From positions 30,566,001-30,630,000 of the forward strand of contig OZ336873.1 of the NCBI GenBank assembly GCA_965287045.1: a stretch of 64,000 nucleotides of DNA, in the 5' to 3' direction. Source of the DNA: Carcharhinus amblyrhynchos (lineage: Eukaryota). Positions within the stretch are counted from its first letter, which is position 1; each line of letters begins with the position of its first letter. Both the position numbers and the translations under genes were made by a program. A model generated the notes under the pieces. That model ran no database searches and was not told the DNA's origin. It saw only the letters and a list, made by a program, of their open reading frames with translations. This document shows positions 39,095 to 52,540 of the stretch, piece by piece.

Positions 39095-39330
39095 ATAGAA
39101 TCATTGAATCCCTACAATGCAGAAGGAGGCCATTTAGCCCATCGAGTTTGCATCAACCACTATCCCACCCAAGCCCTGTTCCCGTAACCACACAAATTTA
39201 CCCTGCTAATCCCCTGACACTAGGGTCAATTTAGCATGGACAATCAACTGAACCCACACATCTTTGGACAGTGGAAGGAAACTGGAGCACCCAGAGGAAG
39301 CCCACACAGACAGTGACCTGAGGCTGGAAT
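39095..39330 (-). mobile_element. HE1 V-SINE (variant A), head missing and internally deleted
   Basis: HE1 tail and core present; replaced upstream by tRNA-Gly-derived sequence. Confidence 0.8.
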
Positions 39331-39375
39331 CACCCCAGTATTCGCAGCTCCCCATCAGGGAAAATAAACTACCAA

Positions 39376-39447
39376 TGTGATGGCTGGGAATTGAACCTGG
39401 GTCAACTGCTTGGAATACAGCTATGCTCACCACTATACCACCTTTGC
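39376..39447 (-). pseudogene. tRNA-Gly(TCC)-derived pseudogene / SINE head
   Basis: Minus strand ggtggtatagtggtgagcatagctgtattccaagcagttgacccaggttcaattcccagccatcaca matches vertebrate tRNA-Gly-TCC, with a disrupted acceptor stem and CpG decay. Confidence 0.85.
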
Positions 39448-39906
39448 TCACGTCTTCACATATTTCCTCACATGATACAAATTGTACAATAATAGTTAGG
39501 AACCAGCATTCTAAGTTTCCTTTCTGGGATTTGAAATACCCTAGTTTTTAACATCAGCTGGGTTCTTTAAAAATATAAAAGTCTACTTCCGTAAACATCA
39601 GTATTCTTTATGTGATTACATCAGTAACATTGTACACAATGTTTATAGAGTTTGGAATGTTGTGGTCACTGAGAGGATTGATTCAATAGTGAGAATACCT
39701 ACAATTTGGACTGATTTGAATCAAAACCAGCAGGAGATTCAACCCTGAGGTGATTTTGTTTAGAACTGGCATTGATTGGCACATGACAGCCTGATTGACA
39801 TTGTCAAGCAGATGTTAGATTTCATTTATGCCACTTTGGACCTACCGTCACCCAACATAAACAGCATACAGATCTGGCCTAAGTTGTTCCGTGCATTTGA
39901 TAACAC

Positions 39907-40272
39907 GGCTGGCACGGTAGCACAGTGGTGAGCACTGCTGCCTCCCAGCGCCAGGAACCCGGGTTCAACTCTGGCCTTGGGTGACTGTCTGTTTTGGAGT
40001 TTGCACGTTCTCCTCATGTCTGTGTGGGCTTCCTTTGGGTGCTCCGGTTTCCTCCCACAGTCCAAATATGAGTAGGTTAGGTGGATTGGCCATGCCAAAA
40101 TGCCCTTTAGTATCCCAAGATGTGTAAGTATGTGAATTAGCCATGATAAATACGTGGGGTTACAGAGATAGGATAGTGGGATGGGCCTGGGTAAGATGCT
40201 CTTTCAGAAAGTCAGTGCAGACCTGATGAGCCGCATGGCCTCCTTCTGCACTGCAGGGATACTGTGGTTCTA
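39907..40272 (+). mobile_element. Full-length HE1 V-SINE (variant A)
   Basis: ggcacggtagcacagtggtgagcac head, core and HER1-like tail. Confidence 0.9.
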
Positions 40273-40524
40273 TTTTACAGTAACTCACCAATCAGTTTTA
40301 CGCATCCTAATTGTTTGATTGGTCAGTTTAAAGGGCAAATCAGTTTATGAGTATCATTTGGTGGTGGTGACTGATGCATGCAGGGGCACATGGAGCACAT
40401 GCTACCACAGCAGCAGTGGTAGCAGGGTGGATGGGGTTGGTGGAGAACAAAATCAGCAGAAAGTAAGCTAAGTCCAGCAACCAAGTTATCCTGGCTGGAG
40501 AGAAAATGTCTCCATGTGGGATAA

Positions 40525-40605
40525 AATGGAATCGATGGAAGGAATGGAATGGAATAGGAAGGATGGAATGAATGGGATAATGATGGCATAAGAAGACGAT
40601 GGAAT
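40525..40605. repeat. Degenerate (GGAAT)n simple repeat
   Basis: aatggaatcgatggaaggaatggaatggaataggaaggatggaatgaatgg. Confidence 0.7.
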
Positions 40606-40649
40606 TAGTTAAGTGGCAAAATGGCAGAGAAAATTATTTTTGTTATTTG

Positions 40650-40960
40650 TATGAGGGGCATAGATCGGGTGGATAGCCAGAGGCTTTTTCCCAGGGTGGA
40701 AGGATCGATTACATAAGGACACAGGTTTAAGGTGAGAGGTGCTAAGTTCAGGGATGACATGCGAGGCAAACTTTTCATACAGAGGGTGGGTGGGTGCCTG
40801 GAATGCACTGCCAGTAGAGGTGGTGGAAGCAGACACGTGAGTAACATTCAAGGTGCATGTTGATTGACACATGAAGGGGAGGCGAACAGAGACACTGCAT
40901 ATTGGTGTAGGCTTGGTGGGCCGAAGGGCCTGTTCCTGTGCTGTATCGATCCTTGTTTTG
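40650..40960 (+). mobile_element. CR1 LINE 3' fragment
   Basis: GHRFKVRG...FFxQRVV..WNALP-like translation and gggccgaagggcctgttcctgtgctgt tail. Confidence 0.82.
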
Positions 40961-42568
40961 TGTTATTCTTCAAAAGCTAAAAGCTACAATTTAGCAGGTT
41001 TAAATGACAAAGTTTGAGAAAAACCACCAGGTAAATTGAAAGAATGAATTACCATGGATTCCATAGATAAAGAAGATAATTACAGTCCATACTCACAGAG
41101 TTTCACATCACACAGCCCAACTCCATAGGACATGCCACTGCACAAACTTTGACTCATGGAAGCAGGAGTTATAATGTTAATATGAAATTTGAATTTTAAA
41201 CAAGAACTGTGTCGTGGAACAAGACTTTTAGTCAGGGAGTTATTTCCTCCAGTGACAGATACTAAAATTCTAACAATTAGATTTCAAGGAAATAGTATTT
41301 ATTCCTCAAATAATATTGAATCAGACAGAAGCCTGCTTTTTGACTCAGAAGAAGACAGTTCCCAATTAGACTCTCATATTCTATAATCATAAACAAGTCA
41401 CAAGGGAAGACACTTGACAAGTTCTGTATTTATACTCCTCGACTTGTTTTTGCACATGGACAACTTTTTGTAGCTTTTCCCAGAGTGAGGGTCTTGTTTC
41501 TGTTAATGTCTTTTATAGTTAACCATAAGTTATTGCTTTGGATTAAAGTAGGAGAAAAAATGAGTTAAAATCTTGCATTTAAAGAAGTACTGTTGCAATA
41601 AAGATTTGACTGCAAATGTTTGTGGGTCTCTGCTCGTTGCTTTACTAAAAGTAATTTAACTACTGAAAAATAAGGGCTTGATTTTAATCCTGTGTAAGGA
41701 GAATGAGTTAAAATCTCATTCTCACACCAAGTGCGTGAATGATAGGGCAGATTCAGTCCTGAAAGGGTTAAACAATGCAACCACATGAGGCAGGCTACAA
41801 TATATGTTTGCAATGCAACAACAAATTCTATTCAAAGTAGAACAGGACTCCAGTGCAACAGATGGCCACCAGCGAATGCTGGTCACTTAGTTCAAATTGC
41901 CAAAAAACATTTGGGTTGCTTAGATTGCCAGCTCGCAAGGACTTCGCTTAACAGACTTCTGCAAAAGAAGCAAAAGCAGTAGCACATGCAACATGGCTTG
42001 GGGTTTCAGCACTGGTTCACTCTGTTGGAAAACTCGCCAGCAGCAATGGTTTGCCAGCCAAAATCGGGAAAAGAAATCCATTCCTCACGAAAATGTCATC
42101 AAGATTGACATAATGGCAAAGGAAAGTAGCTTCCCACAAATGGTAGCTAAAATTCAGCTAATTGGCTTGCATTTTCACACCGCTTTATGCTACACAATCC
42201 CAAAATATTTTGACAATAATTGCTGAAAGTATTTTTTTCAGGTTTTAGATATTCATTTGCAGTAATCAGTCTCCTAACCAGAGGTGGGTAAGTGTCACAT
42301 TAGAAGCCAAAAAGTTTTTTTTAAAAAAGGAATTTTCAGAATAAGATCGCGGCCAAAATGATTGTTGTTAATTACTGGGATGAGTAATTGCGATTTAAAA
42401 AAAATGATCGCAGCTGTGTTCCAGAATTCAGCCTCAGGACTTCTTTTTTTATCGAAGATGCATGTGTAAGTTGGCAGTGGTTATATATGAATACTTGCCC
42501 AGGATGTTTTTGTTATCCAAGGTTCTGCATTAAATTTTGTAATCTGGTTATCCATACAAAGTACTTAC

Positions 42569-42730
42569 CCACAGATATCTTTAACTTTTCCCAAATAAAA
42601 TTACAAAAGCTTGATACTGTAAATGTAATATCGCACAACTCTCTTTAGACACATTAAATCAGAAGGGAAACAAACTCATTTTCTACATGTTCAGCCACAT
42701 GCATCACCCACCCAACCGTTAACATTACAA
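42569..42730 (-). other. Candidate non-coding exon
   Basis: Acceptor cattttccttcctgcag| and donor GG|GTAAGT; stops in all three frames. Confidence 0.25.
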
Positions 42731-44693
42731 CTGCAGGAAGGAAAATGTATTTACCTCGTGTTTGGGACATGTAATGAAGACTTGACATTTGATTAGTGAG
42801 ACATGGGGATTTTAATCACCATTGTCATATGCATGGAATTTGAAATTCGACATTATTGTTCTTCAATGATCCTAGCACTGATAATGCTCCCAGTCAAATA
42901 TCTATCACAGCATACCGGACTGATAACCTTATTTACAAACAATCTGATTGACAATAAAAATTTCAAGGCAAAGAATGTACGGAACCAAGCTTTAAACTGA
43001 GCAATTCCATGTTTTTTTTCCCAAAAGTATGTGGATCTTAATTTGCACAAACCAATGTGTCCATTTGGATCATTTGTGCACCCATTGGAGCTCTCTTCTC
43101 CAGGCAAATACCCAGCACTGTACTTGAATGAAGCTTCGCAGAAGCTTGAGGAACATTCTCCAATCAGGTACTCTTTTACAGCCTTCTAGACTCGATATAC
43201 GGTTGAACAAATGGTTTTGCCTCAAAGTAACATTAGGTGACAAAAATGAACTGAAGTAAAAAAATCACAGGATGTATGCCTTCCCTTCAGAAATTTTTGA
43301 AATGGTTAAAATGATCCGATATGGTGGAGACCGGAACTGCTGCTGCTGCTGCTCAAAAAGGCTAAAGTAGCATTTATTACTGAAGTGTATAATGCCCTCA
43401 GACCAGGTCTCCATTTGATGTAAAAGTTTGTCTGCAGTGACTAGATGAAGAACCTTCTTAATCGCTGCTGAGATGAATGTGGACAGATCTTTTCCTTTGT
43501 ATGCACTACAATGGAAAACAGATGCTTGCTGATTTAGGGTGTGCAGGTGGTGACAGAAACTCCATCGGTGCAATGTGCATGCTGTTAGACAACGAACAGC
43601 TGTTTCCCTGCTCTGGTATCAGGTCCAAGTATAAGTCATGTTCTAGTACAAGCACCCTGCCACAGAGTGGTAAAATATCAAATAAAGGAGTTAAATAGCA
43701 TTGCTCTCACCTCAGGCATCATCCCTTTCCCATTTTTAAAATCAATTTCCCAAAATTTAAGCAGCTCGCCCAAGAGAAATGGGCTGTCCATTAACAGATG
43801 TACCCTATCAAATTCCAAAGAACGTTTACGAGAAAAATGACATTTTAAGACAGGATGCGATGTACTTATTCTGTAACACATTTTAATATCCTTGTGTCTA
43901 AGGCCAAAAAGGAATGGCATTTAAGTTTAAGAACTAACATCACCAACTGCAATCCAAGAGCAACAGTGGGCCTTGGTGATTCAGACTTGGATTCTAACCT
44001 TGATTTAGTGAACACACAGGTTCCCTTGGGAGCAAACTGTCCTTTTTGGTCAGGTTGTTTGGGGAAAGGAGGAAGGTGTGGAAGGAAGGAATCTTTTCTT
44101 ACTCAGCTCTTTTGTACGTGAATGGAATTTATGGAACTATCTTCAGGCTGAACTGTCCAGGTTGAAGATGGGAGAGGCGGGGTGGTGAGGTGCTGGGGGA
44201 GAAGCAAGTGGGAAGGAGGGAATTGAAATATAAACAAAATCTCCAGGGTATAAAAGGCTGTCAGAATGCTGCTGCCTGGTATGAATAACTATATGACATA
44301 CACCTGCCGTTACAAATTTTTATTTTTAATCCAAAGATTGGTCAAGCAAATCACATCTCCAGTACCAGGAGGTTTAGTTTTAACCGGTGCTCAGCTGCAT
44401 TAACTTGGCACAACTCATTCAATTTCAATGGATCACATCAACTTACTTTTGCAATGTGAGGCTGTTGCTGCCCCTTAACCCATGTCTGTTTGAACAGGAT
44501 GGCATACAGTCAGGTTTGATCCAATTTTGACCCACATAGGTAAGAGGTGACAATTTGAATGCAGCACAGCATTTATTAGACGAGTTACATAACCATTGCA
44601 ATCATACAGAATTGGTCATTTTTCAATTTAAAACATAGGCCTGATTTACATTGTGAAGCCTAATGTTTAATTGCCAGTTATTTTACAGTTTTT

Positions 44694-44945
44694 AAAGTTT
44701 ATTTATTAGTCACAAGTAAGGTTTACATTAACACTGCAATGAAGTTATTGTGAAATTCCCCGAGTTGCCATAGTCTGGTCAATGCACCTAACCAGAACAT
44801 GGGAGGAAATCAGAGCCCCCGGAGAAAACCCACACGGACATGGGGAGAATGTGCAAACTCCACACAGACAGTGACCCAACCCAGGAATTGAACCTGGGTC
44901 CCTGGCGCTGTGAAGCAGCAGTGCTAACTACTGCTAACGTGCTAC
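44694..44945 (-). mobile_element. HE1-type V-SINE, variant B (internal deletions)
   Basis: Reverse complement of the 1355-type tail and head. Confidence 0.82.
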
Positions 44946-45004
44946 CTCATTTACAAATCGGTGAACACTGGTGCAATTCAACTGTCTGCAACTAAAGTCA
45001 TGTG

Positions 45005-45840
45005 GGGCGATTTCTCACCTCTCACGATCATACTGGCACTGAATATTAGCAAAATCTATGACAAGTAGAATTTAAATATTACAAGTGAGTCCAGGATGCA
45101 ATCATCCGGGCTCACCTGTCTTAGCAGCCTCGCCAAACCTGTTGTGATGGCCTCGCTGGCAGGGCCATAGGTCACCGAGGCCCCACCAGGAAGTCGGGGG
45201 CAAGGGTGCCCTTTGTTTGGGCAGTGCCAGCATGGCACTGCCCACCGGGCACCCTGGCACTGTCATCCTTGTACACTGGCAGTGCCCATGGGACCGGGCA
45301 GTGGCAATGGGGACTGAGGGGACAAGGCCTACTGGGAGAGTTGGAACCTAAAGAGGTGGGGCCTAAGGATGGGGGTTGCTGAGCACTCTCCAACTGGGAT
45401 CAGCTGTGGTGGGGAGGCACGGCGCGGGGGGTGATGTGATGGTGGTGGGGGGAGGGATGGGATGTTACATACCAGGATGGGGGTGGGGACAATTGAAAGG
45501 CCTGTGTGGGGAGGGGTGGAATAAGCTGTGGAGCACAGCAATAGTGGGGGGAGGTAGTGACAGATCTTTCCGTCCCATGCTATTGCACAGAACAACGAGG
45601 TCTGCGCGTGTGCAATGACACCATCTGCTGCAATTGCCGGCTTTTCGGCAAGCCTGGGACCGACCACCTCCCCCTTCTGGTGAAAAACAGATCTTGCTTC
45701 CTTTTTCCTCAGAGTGTGGTAAGGTTGGATTTTTAACTCACCCAAAAAGACAGGAGAGAATCAGTCCATTCTCTCTGGCCTGATTCTCTCCCGTTTTCAC
45801 GGTCTTTCAGCATTCAGAATTGTTTTGGTCAGTTTGCCCC
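45005..45840. mobile_element. Non-autonomous Harbinger-like TIR element
   Basis: Ends gggcgatttctc / cagtttgcccc; related to 13783-14713 in the opposite orientation. Confidence 0.55.
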
Positions 45841-46399
45841 CATAAAATGGAAAGTGGGGACTTTCTTATAACCAACAGTTTCAGAATTTTCGGCAAAAAG
45901 TTCAATGTTGAATTTTACTTCAAAATTGCTTTGCAATTTGTGGTTGAAGGATGCTTGCAAAATTCTACAACAATCTACTCCTTTTAAGGAACTACCTAAC
46001 GTTTTTAAAATTTTGTGGCACTGTGTGATACTGTGGAAAATCCAACAGATTCCCTATTCCAATATCACCGGAATTTTACAACTGTGCGTTGATTAGAATG
46101 AGTGCTCTACTCATTCAGAAATCATGCCACCAAAGGGAGAATAAAACATCAGGGACCAATTACAAGTAAATATTTTGTAAAGTAAAACCTGAGCATAAGC
46201 CTCTGCATTCTCACACTTAACGCTGACACTAGCCCACCCAACTCCCACCTTTGTCCAGTCAAAGGAAAGTGTGGTCAGTTAAAAATATTACCCTTTTGCT
46301 TAGAATGTAGTCATTCAGTTCAGTTTTTAGGACACTGAACCAGACTGCTGTAACCTTAGCATTTCCTCTAATTCTGAGCTGAACTTACAATTCTGTACC

Positions 46400-46995
46400 A
46401 TCGCCATCACAAAGAATACCCATTTGCATCACTGTAACATTGTCCTGCTCCACAGCTCAGTAGCTTTGAGAACTCTAATATATGCATTTGTCAACTCAAG
46501 TGTTAACTATTTCAATGACCTCCTATCCTTCCCCATCAAAATCCTACTCTCTGCACCTGATCCTGTACCAGATTCCCCTTATTCATTACCTCTAAGTGTG
46601 CTGGCTATATTGGCTCATGGTCCTCCAACTGCACCACATTTAATATTTCTATTCTTCTGTTCAAACTTTTTATGGTGTCTCTCTCTCCGTCTTTATAACC
46701 TGCTCCAATCCTACAACCACCCAAGAATTTTGCATTCCTCCAACTGTGACCTCTTGTGAAGCCTCTGATCTCTGTTCCTTTGGCCCACCATTGCCAACGG
46801 GGGCCCACCACGTAAAATCTTGAATTTTCTCCATTAACTCCATTCATTGCCTATATACCTCCCTTTCACTCCTTAAAATCTAAGCCTCTGACCAAGATTT
46901 TAGCCATCTATCCTAATGTCTCCTTCTTCAGCCATCTTCTGTCTGACTGTACTTCTTTTCCTTTATTGAAGGGACTATCTAATTGCAGGTTGTTC
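46400..46995 (+). mobile_element. Old L2-type LINE 3' fragment
   Basis: Decayed TLIYAFVxSxxxYxN motif and L2-like 3' UTR (ctccttaaaa...ctctgaccaag, aagggactat...gcaggttgtt). Confidence 0.6.
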
Positions 46996-47295
46996 ATGTT
47001 GTTGCTGATTGTTAATCTGGACAGCTTGGCACAATAGGTAAATAGAAATGTTTTTTTTTAAATAATTTTCTTCTGTTGTCGATGAAATGAAAACTGTGTT
47101 GATCAGTTTGTGAGTTACATCTTGTACTAAACACTTTCAAAATGCACGGGAAATCTTTCTGACAGTTTCTGTAAGAGAAAGATAGGAACTACAACTTGAA
47201 GTCAATCCAGTGCACTGTAATATTGCACAGAAACCAATTAGACGGCATTATGTTTTTGATAATGAGGGCATTTGAATAGAAAATACCTCACTTAC

Positions 47296-47350
47296 CTTTA
47301 CTCTGAAGTGACAGCTACAGGCTAACTCAGTGTTGGCGAACAGTTAGCAT
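47296..47350 (-). other. Candidate non-coding exon (55 nt)
   Basis: Acceptor ttatttcatgcag| and perfect donor AAG|GTAAGT. Confidence 0.4.
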
Positions 47351-47528
47351 CTGCATGAAATAAATCCTCTCTCTTATCCTGTGGCTCACTAAATAAAATG
47401 TATCCGATTTCATTGCCACACTATCCTTATTATGGCACCAGACTTTGTATGTTTGGAACATGCACACATAAACACGCATACATGTATATGTATGTGTATA
47501 TATACATATATAAGTACAAAAGTCTTAC

Positions 47529-47642
47529 CTTAGCAAATGAACTGCATACTTGTTTTAGGACTGTTTAGCTGGTTGGAAAACACCAGTGAGTTTAATAGCT
47601 GAGCTTTGCACTGAAAGATTGTTGAGAAGGTGTTCCACTTCC
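47529..47642 (-). other. Candidate non-coding exon (114 nt)
   Basis: Strong acceptor tttcttttctttttgtaacag| and donor AAG|GTAAGA; stop codons in all three frames. Confidence 0.5.
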
Positions 47643-50642
47643 CTGTTACAAAAAGAAAAGAAATACATAAAGATATGATGTAAAGTGAACTGCAACAAAT
47701 TCTCCAAATCACAGCTATATTCAGAGGTCAAGGAAATTCAGCTGAAAAGGTTAAAGATGAAATAAAATCTCACAAGTGAGAATGAAAATCTATCCTAACG
47801 CAAGGCCACTGGTGACGTGTTCTAGACAAGAAGCTAAATACTGCATAGCACTGGGATCTTTCATTTTCATCAAATCAATAAAAGCTTATATTTATCAGGA
47901 TTCCAGGCAGCTGCCATTTCTGACAACCTCCACTTTATTTCCCACTTCTCGTGTTAAATCAGGCCAAAGACTATAAAAGAAGCAACCTTCTCTGCTACTT
48001 ACACCTGAAGAGACAATTCCATTAAAAGCTTTCTTTTTTTTGTGTTGTAGAAACAGGGTCTGTTACCATTATATTAGCAGGAGCTGCTAAACCTCTTTGT
48101 TCTTCTACCCATGTTGCAGCCCAATGCCACCCAAAAACTAGCGAGGGGATTTGCGCTCAAAAGTGAAAGTACTTTGCTTTTCCAGTTGTACTCTAGTAAA
48201 AAGGAAAAGCTTGCTGCTAAAACAGTGGCCATTCTAATCATCTGTACAACAATATTTGCTATCAGGCATTCTAAATAGATTATCAGCAGTCCATCTGTGT
48301 CATTATTGATTTATAAGGCTTTAAGCTGCTTTCGAATGGAAGCTTTCCCACTAAGGGGCTTCTTGTACAAATCAGAGCCACACTCGGATACAGCAGTCTT
48401 TACTCAAGCTGAAAAAAGATTGTACTTGAAACACGAGCACGCAGACCACAAATTTAGATGCCATTTATTCCTATTCTTTTCCCAATGATAATCAAAGTGG
48501 ATGCACAAGTCATCTACATCCAAGTTATTTACATAAATATGTTACTAGTGTATAAAACAGGCATCATTAACATATGAATACCATATGCAAATGATAAAGG
48601 CAGAGCAGATGTTAGTGCATGTAATTGACCTATATGTGAATTGCTTCTGAACCCCATACTGTATTAATACTCTACACAGTAACTAGATATAGCCTAAAAA
48701 GTGCATCTCTGAAACACTACACTAGAAATGAACCTGACAGGGTCCCAGAGATGTTAAAACAAGGTCACTGTCACCACTGTATTTCGCTGTCATCTGCATT
48801 CTGTTTCTTATAGATGACATCATCATGTGGCTGTGTAAATCGATAACTTAATAGCATTTGGAAAATGCTGCAGTCTGGAGCAGGTTATAAAGAATGCCCC
48901 AGTTTTATTCCTTTTGTAGCTAAAATGTCATATGTCTTAAACTCAGGTTCTTGCATGAATGCACTGTGAAAAACAGATGCCATTTTTCTTACTCCCAGGC
49001 TTTATTTTTCACTTCTTCTCGGAATAACATTAAATTGTAGTAAATAGCCTTTTGTCAAGAGGCCAGGGACCACCCTGTATATGATAATGCATTAGTGACC
49101 AGCTTCCCAGCTCCTGAACAGAAACATTCACAGACTTAAGGGATAGATACGAAGCAGTATTGTGTACAACCGGTGAACGGCTGCAGCACATACTAATAGC
49201 AGCCCACATAATAAATGATTGTGTTGGGGTCTAACAAGGGTCTAATAGGCAGCCCGTTCTGTGAAAGGGTCAGCTTTATATCGGTGGTACAAAACAAAAT
49301 TATACTATGTGCTACCATTATCTTTTTTTCAAATAAATTTTAAAAAGCATGCATTTCAACTTATTTTCTCACGTCAGGATGTCCAAATCCTCTGATGAAT
49401 CATATTAAGTTTTATGACACTACTACTGCGAGCCTGGATTGCCACTGTATTCACAGGGTTTTTAGGACCTTTTACTCTAAATGAGTTGAGGACTGACCAA
49501 TCTATAGGCATCATTTTAAACCACCAGCACCATTCCACACACCACCCCCCACCACCCCGTTTCCCTTTCTTCTTCGCAATTCCAGCATCTTCCTCACCTG
49601 CATTCTAAAATTAACAAGATCGATTGCAGTCATGGATTAGAATTTGAGGTAGAAATCTATTAAAGTATTAATGCTCCTGGTTCGGTAAGCTTCATATATT
49701 TCAAATGAAATCCATCCTGTTTTACCCATGAACAATAAATCAGCGAACACACTTAGAAAATTAAAATATGAAATCTATCTGGCTTTAGCAAATTTTCCAT
49801 GTTTCTATAGTGATGTTTGTTTCTATGGTTCTGTTGTTCATTCAATCTGTATTGATTAATGCAGTATTGTGCTGTAATATCCTTCAGGAATGCAACTAAC
49901 ATCTTCAGTAACTTCATCTGGTGTCTGTTTTCAACAGTAAAAGCCCACAATGCTGTCTAGTAGCTACAACGTTAGTTCCTTGGGCTCTCAGCTGAGAGAC
50001 CCCAGCTTGAATCTTAGTCTTAACTGATACTTTTGAGGATCAGTGCCATTCAGATTCTCTCCATCACAATTTCTAAAGGGTGACTTTGATGCGTCCGTCG
50101 CAGAATTTTTAAGGGGAGAGAGGGTCCTTTTCCTTTATGGTTCAATCGTGGACCCTGGACTATGTACATACAGAATCGGCGCCTATCTGTGGAATGATCC
50201 ATCGGCTACATTTCACCGATTTGCCCCTGCCAAACTTGAAAATATCAGAGGTGGTGGACAAAATCAGAGGAAAACATAAACTAAAGTGAACAAAATAAAG
50301 GCACAGCAGTTTGTCAAGCAGTCAGAGTAGAACAGAGTAACTACATTTCAAACTAATGAATAAATATTTATCATATGTCAATTTGTTTTTTATGACATTT
50401 CTATAAAAAGTGCAGAATAGATGGAGCATTCAGTTTACATTCCTATTCTTGTGGGCACAAAGAATGCACCAAATTGATTTTGTCTGCTTTGCTTTTTTTA
50501 GAACAGACAGGCTGCCAGCAAAATTCACACTTTTGTTGTTTGCAGCTCACTGAATGGGTGAGAGTATCAGGAGTTCCTGACACCAATAAAACGTAATCCA
50601 TGCCTCTTGAAAGGAAAGGTGTACCTTGGCTGTACTTTTTTT

Positions 50643-50990
50643 AAATTCATTTGTTCACTGGACTGTGGGCATCCCTGACTGGGCCAGCATTTATTGCCCA
50701 GCCTTGAGGACATTTAAGAGTCAACCACATTGCCGTGGGTCTGGAGTCACATATAGGCCAGACCAGGTAAGGACAGCAGATTTCCTTCACTAAAGGACAT
50801 TAGTGAACCAGGTGGGTTTTTATGACAATGGTTTTGTGGTCATCATTGGACTTTTAATTCCAGATTTTTATTGAATTTTCAAAGTCCACCATCTGCCACG
50901 GCAGGGTTCAAACCCAGGCCCCCAGATCTTTACCCTGGGTCTCTGGATTACTAGTCCAGTGACAATACCACTACACCACCGCCTCCCCCT
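50643..50990 (-). mobile_element. tRNA-derived SINE-like repeat (family C)
   Basis: Minus-strand head ggcggtggtgtagtggtattgtcactggactagtaatccagag; body shared with 26085 and 60812. Confidence 0.8.
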
Positions 50991-51447
50991 AATCAGCCAC
51001 AGCCAAAAAATTAAAATGGCTGACAGACTAAGAGAAGCACAAGTGTGCCAATGCAAGGGCTGGGTGAGCTGATCCAAATAAGAACACAATACAGGAAGAT
51101 TTTGCATTCTAGCCCTGCAGCAAGGGCAAGCTGAAGGCTTTGAGGGTTCGGTCTCCAGAAGAAGATTGATGGCTATGTTGAAGGAACCTCTCAGTATATT
51201 GCATTGTCTACCAGTTGGGTTTCACCTCACAAACACTGGCAAAGGGCATGGAGACATCTGGTTCAAACTTGTGTGGGGGTTTTGTACCTGACATTATGAC
51301 TATGCAGTCAATCGTGAAACATGCATTCAGTTTTATGAACACTGCAGGGTAGCCCAGAGTGATGGAATCTCTGGTGGCATCTCTGACTGCTTTAAGAGAG
51401 CTCAGGGTTTTGCCAACTTATATTGTCACAACTCTCCTGGATTCCCT

Positions 51448-51720
51448 GGCATTGCTACCTCACAATGCCAGGGACCCAGAATCAATTCCCGGCTTGGATG
51501 ACTGTCTCTGTAGAATTTGCATGTTCTCCCCGTGTCTGTGTGGGTTTCTTCCGGGTAGTCCAGTTTCCTCTCACAGTCCAAAGGTGTGCTGGTAAGGTGC
51601 ATTGGCCATGTTAAATTCTCCCTCAATGTACCCAAACAGGCGCTGGAGTGTGGCGACTAAGGAATTTTCACAGTAACTTCATTGCAGTGTGAATGTATGC
51701 CTACTTGTGACTGATAAACA
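51448..51720 (+). mobile_element. HE1-type V-SINE, variant B
   Basis: Core and tail as in 1355. Confidence 0.85.
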
Positions 51721-52244
51721 AATTAATTAAAAAATGGGCAAAACCATTCAATGGATGAGGTAATCTGTTTTTTCACCTAAAAAGGGTAGAATCAGAAATT
51801 TTCTAATTTGTGAAGAGTAGGAACATTGGACATTTAGAGACCTGGGAATCCATATACATAGATCACTAAAATGCCTTGAACAGATACAAAAAACAGTCAA
51901 AAACGTTAACCGAGTGCTGGTCTTTATATCTAGAGCACAAGATACAAGGGTGAAGAAATCACACGTCAGCTATATAAAGCTCCAGTTATACCACATCTGT
52001 GAGAAATTCTGGGCACATCTTCGGGAAGCCTTGGAAGGAGACAGCAATGCCAGGGAATGCAGGAGAGGTGTGACAGTACAGGACATACAAGAATAATACC
52101 AGTATCCTAAGGCTTAAGCCATGAGGAAAAATTACACAAATTAATGTTATATTCCTTGTACAGCCAGGAATTATCCCCACTCTTCATTCCAAACCTGGGA
52201 AACTGTGCCCCAGAACTTCAGATTTTTATTCCAGAGTTGGTGCT

Positions 52245-52540
52245 TAGCACTGCTGTCTCATAGCACCAGGGACCTGGGTTCAATTGCCGGCTTGGGTCAC
52301 TGCCTGTGTGGAGTTAGCACATTTTCTGCGTGTCTGCATGGGTTTCCTCCAGGTGCTCCGGTTTCCTCCCGCAGTCCAAAGATGTGCGGGTTAGGTAGAC
52401 TGGCCGTGCAAAATTGCCCCTTAGTGTCAGGGCAACTAGCCAGGGTAAATGCATGGGGCTATGGGGATAGGGCCTGGGTGGGATTGGGGTCAGTGCAGAC
52501 TCAATGGGCTGAATAGCCTCCTTCTGTCGTGCAGGGTTTT
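52245..52540 (+). mobile_element. HE1 V-SINE (variant A), slightly 5'-truncated
   Basis: tagcactgctgtctcatagcaccagggacctgggttcaatt...gggctgaatagcctccttctg. Confidence 0.88.

Noticed and set aside
39376-39447. Functional tRNA-Gly gene
   Set aside because: Acceptor stem is disrupted (gcaaagg vs ccatcac), CpG sites are decayed, and it is embedded in SINE sequence.
42853-43573. Adjacent minus-strand ORFs (84 and 102 aa)
   Set aside because: Interrupted by stops, with no known motif and no consistent splice phase.
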